A stretch of 64,000 nt of DNA from the NCBI GenBank assembly GCA_964591715.1, contig CAZQDR010000001.1, positions 1,487 to 65,486 of the forward strand, in the 5' to 3' direction. Made by a program: the position numbers and the translations under genes. This document shows positions 63,436 through 64,000 of this stretch, one piece after another (within the stretch, counting starts at the first letter, position 1; each line of letters starts with the position of its first letter). The notes under the pieces are model-generated. The model was not told where the DNA came from and did no database searches. It worked only from the letters and a program-made list of their open reading frames with translations. This DNA is from an uncultured Candidatus Saccharibacteria bacterium (lineage in GTDB: Bacteria; Patescibacteriota; Minisyncoccia; Phycocordibacterales; JACOZG01).

Positions 63436-64000
63436 CTACTTTTTTGCCGAATCGTTTTGGATTACCCGGACCGCCTCCTGGACGGTGGACATGAACTGGG
63501 CGGGAAAGATAATGGTGGAGTTCTTCTCAATGCTGATCTCGGCCATCGTTTGAAGCGTACGTAATTGCAACGCGACCGGGTGAGAAGCGATGATATCGGC
63601 GGCCTGGCCCAGTTTTACCGCTGCTTGGAACTCACCTTCGGCCGCGACAATTTTGGCGCGGCGCTCGCGCTCGGCCTCGGCCTCCTTGGCCATGGCGCGC
63701 TGCATGTTGTCGGGCAAGGTAATGTCTTTAATCTCAACCGCCGTCACTTGCGCGCCCCACGGCTCGGTGTGAGCATCAATCACGTCTTTAATCTTTAAAT
63801 TAATCTCGCCAGTCTGCGACAAGAGCTGGTCGAGCATAAACTGACCGACAACATTACGCACTGTCGTTTGGCTAATCTGATTTATGGCTTGATAAACATC
63901 CTCGATGGCTAAGACCGACTTTTTGGGATCAACAATGTGATAATAAGCCACCGCCGAAATATCAATTGAAACGTTATCTTTGGTGATAATCTTCTGCGAC
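63436..64000 (-). CDS. SPFH/band-7 (stomatin/HflKC-like) domain protein, C-terminal part (5' end beyond window)
   Basis: ...[43 protein letters not shown]... SPFH C-terminal coiled-coil signature; frame stays open to the window end. Confidence 0.75.
   Translation of the reverse strand, partial: SQKIITKDNVSIDISAVAYYHIVDPKKSVLAIEDVYQAINQISQTTVRNVVGQFMLDQLLSQTGEINLKIKDVIDAHTEPWGAQVTAVEIKDITLPDNMQRAMAKEAEAERERRAKIVAAEGEFQAAVKLGQAADIIASHPVALQLRTLQTMAEISIEKNSTIIFPAQFMSTVQEAVRVIQNDSAKK

Overview
This 64-kb window comes from a small-genome bacterium of roughly 50-55% GC. Its gene content suggests a CPR/Patescibacteria-like reduced organism (inference; standard genetic code, TGA is a stop). Evidence: ThrRS and PheS/PheT truncated to lack editing and tRNA-binding domains, a 152-aa EF-Ts, a split transketolase, many DUF/secreted repeat proteins, and a sugar-phosphate/glycolysis cluster. 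Core genes, mostly on the minus strand, are rpoB (partial, absent from the ORF track), trmD/KH/rpsP, rnr, smc, rnc, a nusB-Nudix fusion, rpmF, rnhB, dnaE, thrS, gyrB, pheST, tsf, rpsB (frameshifted), prfA, rpmE, rplY, fba, split tkt, rpe, rpiB, gap, htpX, groESL, secG, rnj, a UvrD-helicase/Fe-S nuclease fusion, mpg and SPFH (partial), plus tRNA-Thr(UGU) and tRNA-Ser(GGA). Many core genes look leaderless, with a TAnnnT -10 box 6-11 nt upstream of the ATG and no SD. A handful of small SD-led genes that carry their own promoter and terminator look horizontally acquired. The stand-out region is about 6.95-9.44 kb. There an SD-led IS110-like (Tnp_20/DEDD-like) recombinase gene sits inside a tandem array of ~271-nt structured units. 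The stems of these units are identical between copies, but the internal-loop strands are hypervariable. This is a guide-RNA-like (bridge-RNA-like) multi-unit array that a plain IS annotation does not explain. Other accessory features are a GC-rich orphan gene with its own promoter/SD/terminator (34.0-34.8 kb), a divergent small-gene pair with a palindromic operator (39.4-40.2 kb), an AT-rich tRNA-Ser-adjacent GAF/PAS islet (40.3-41.5 kb), duplicated LemA-TPM / LemA-DUF2207 modules (43.3-47.4 kb), two tandem small hydrophobic peptides (14.4-14.7 kb), and a 12-nt homopolymer inside a coding region.
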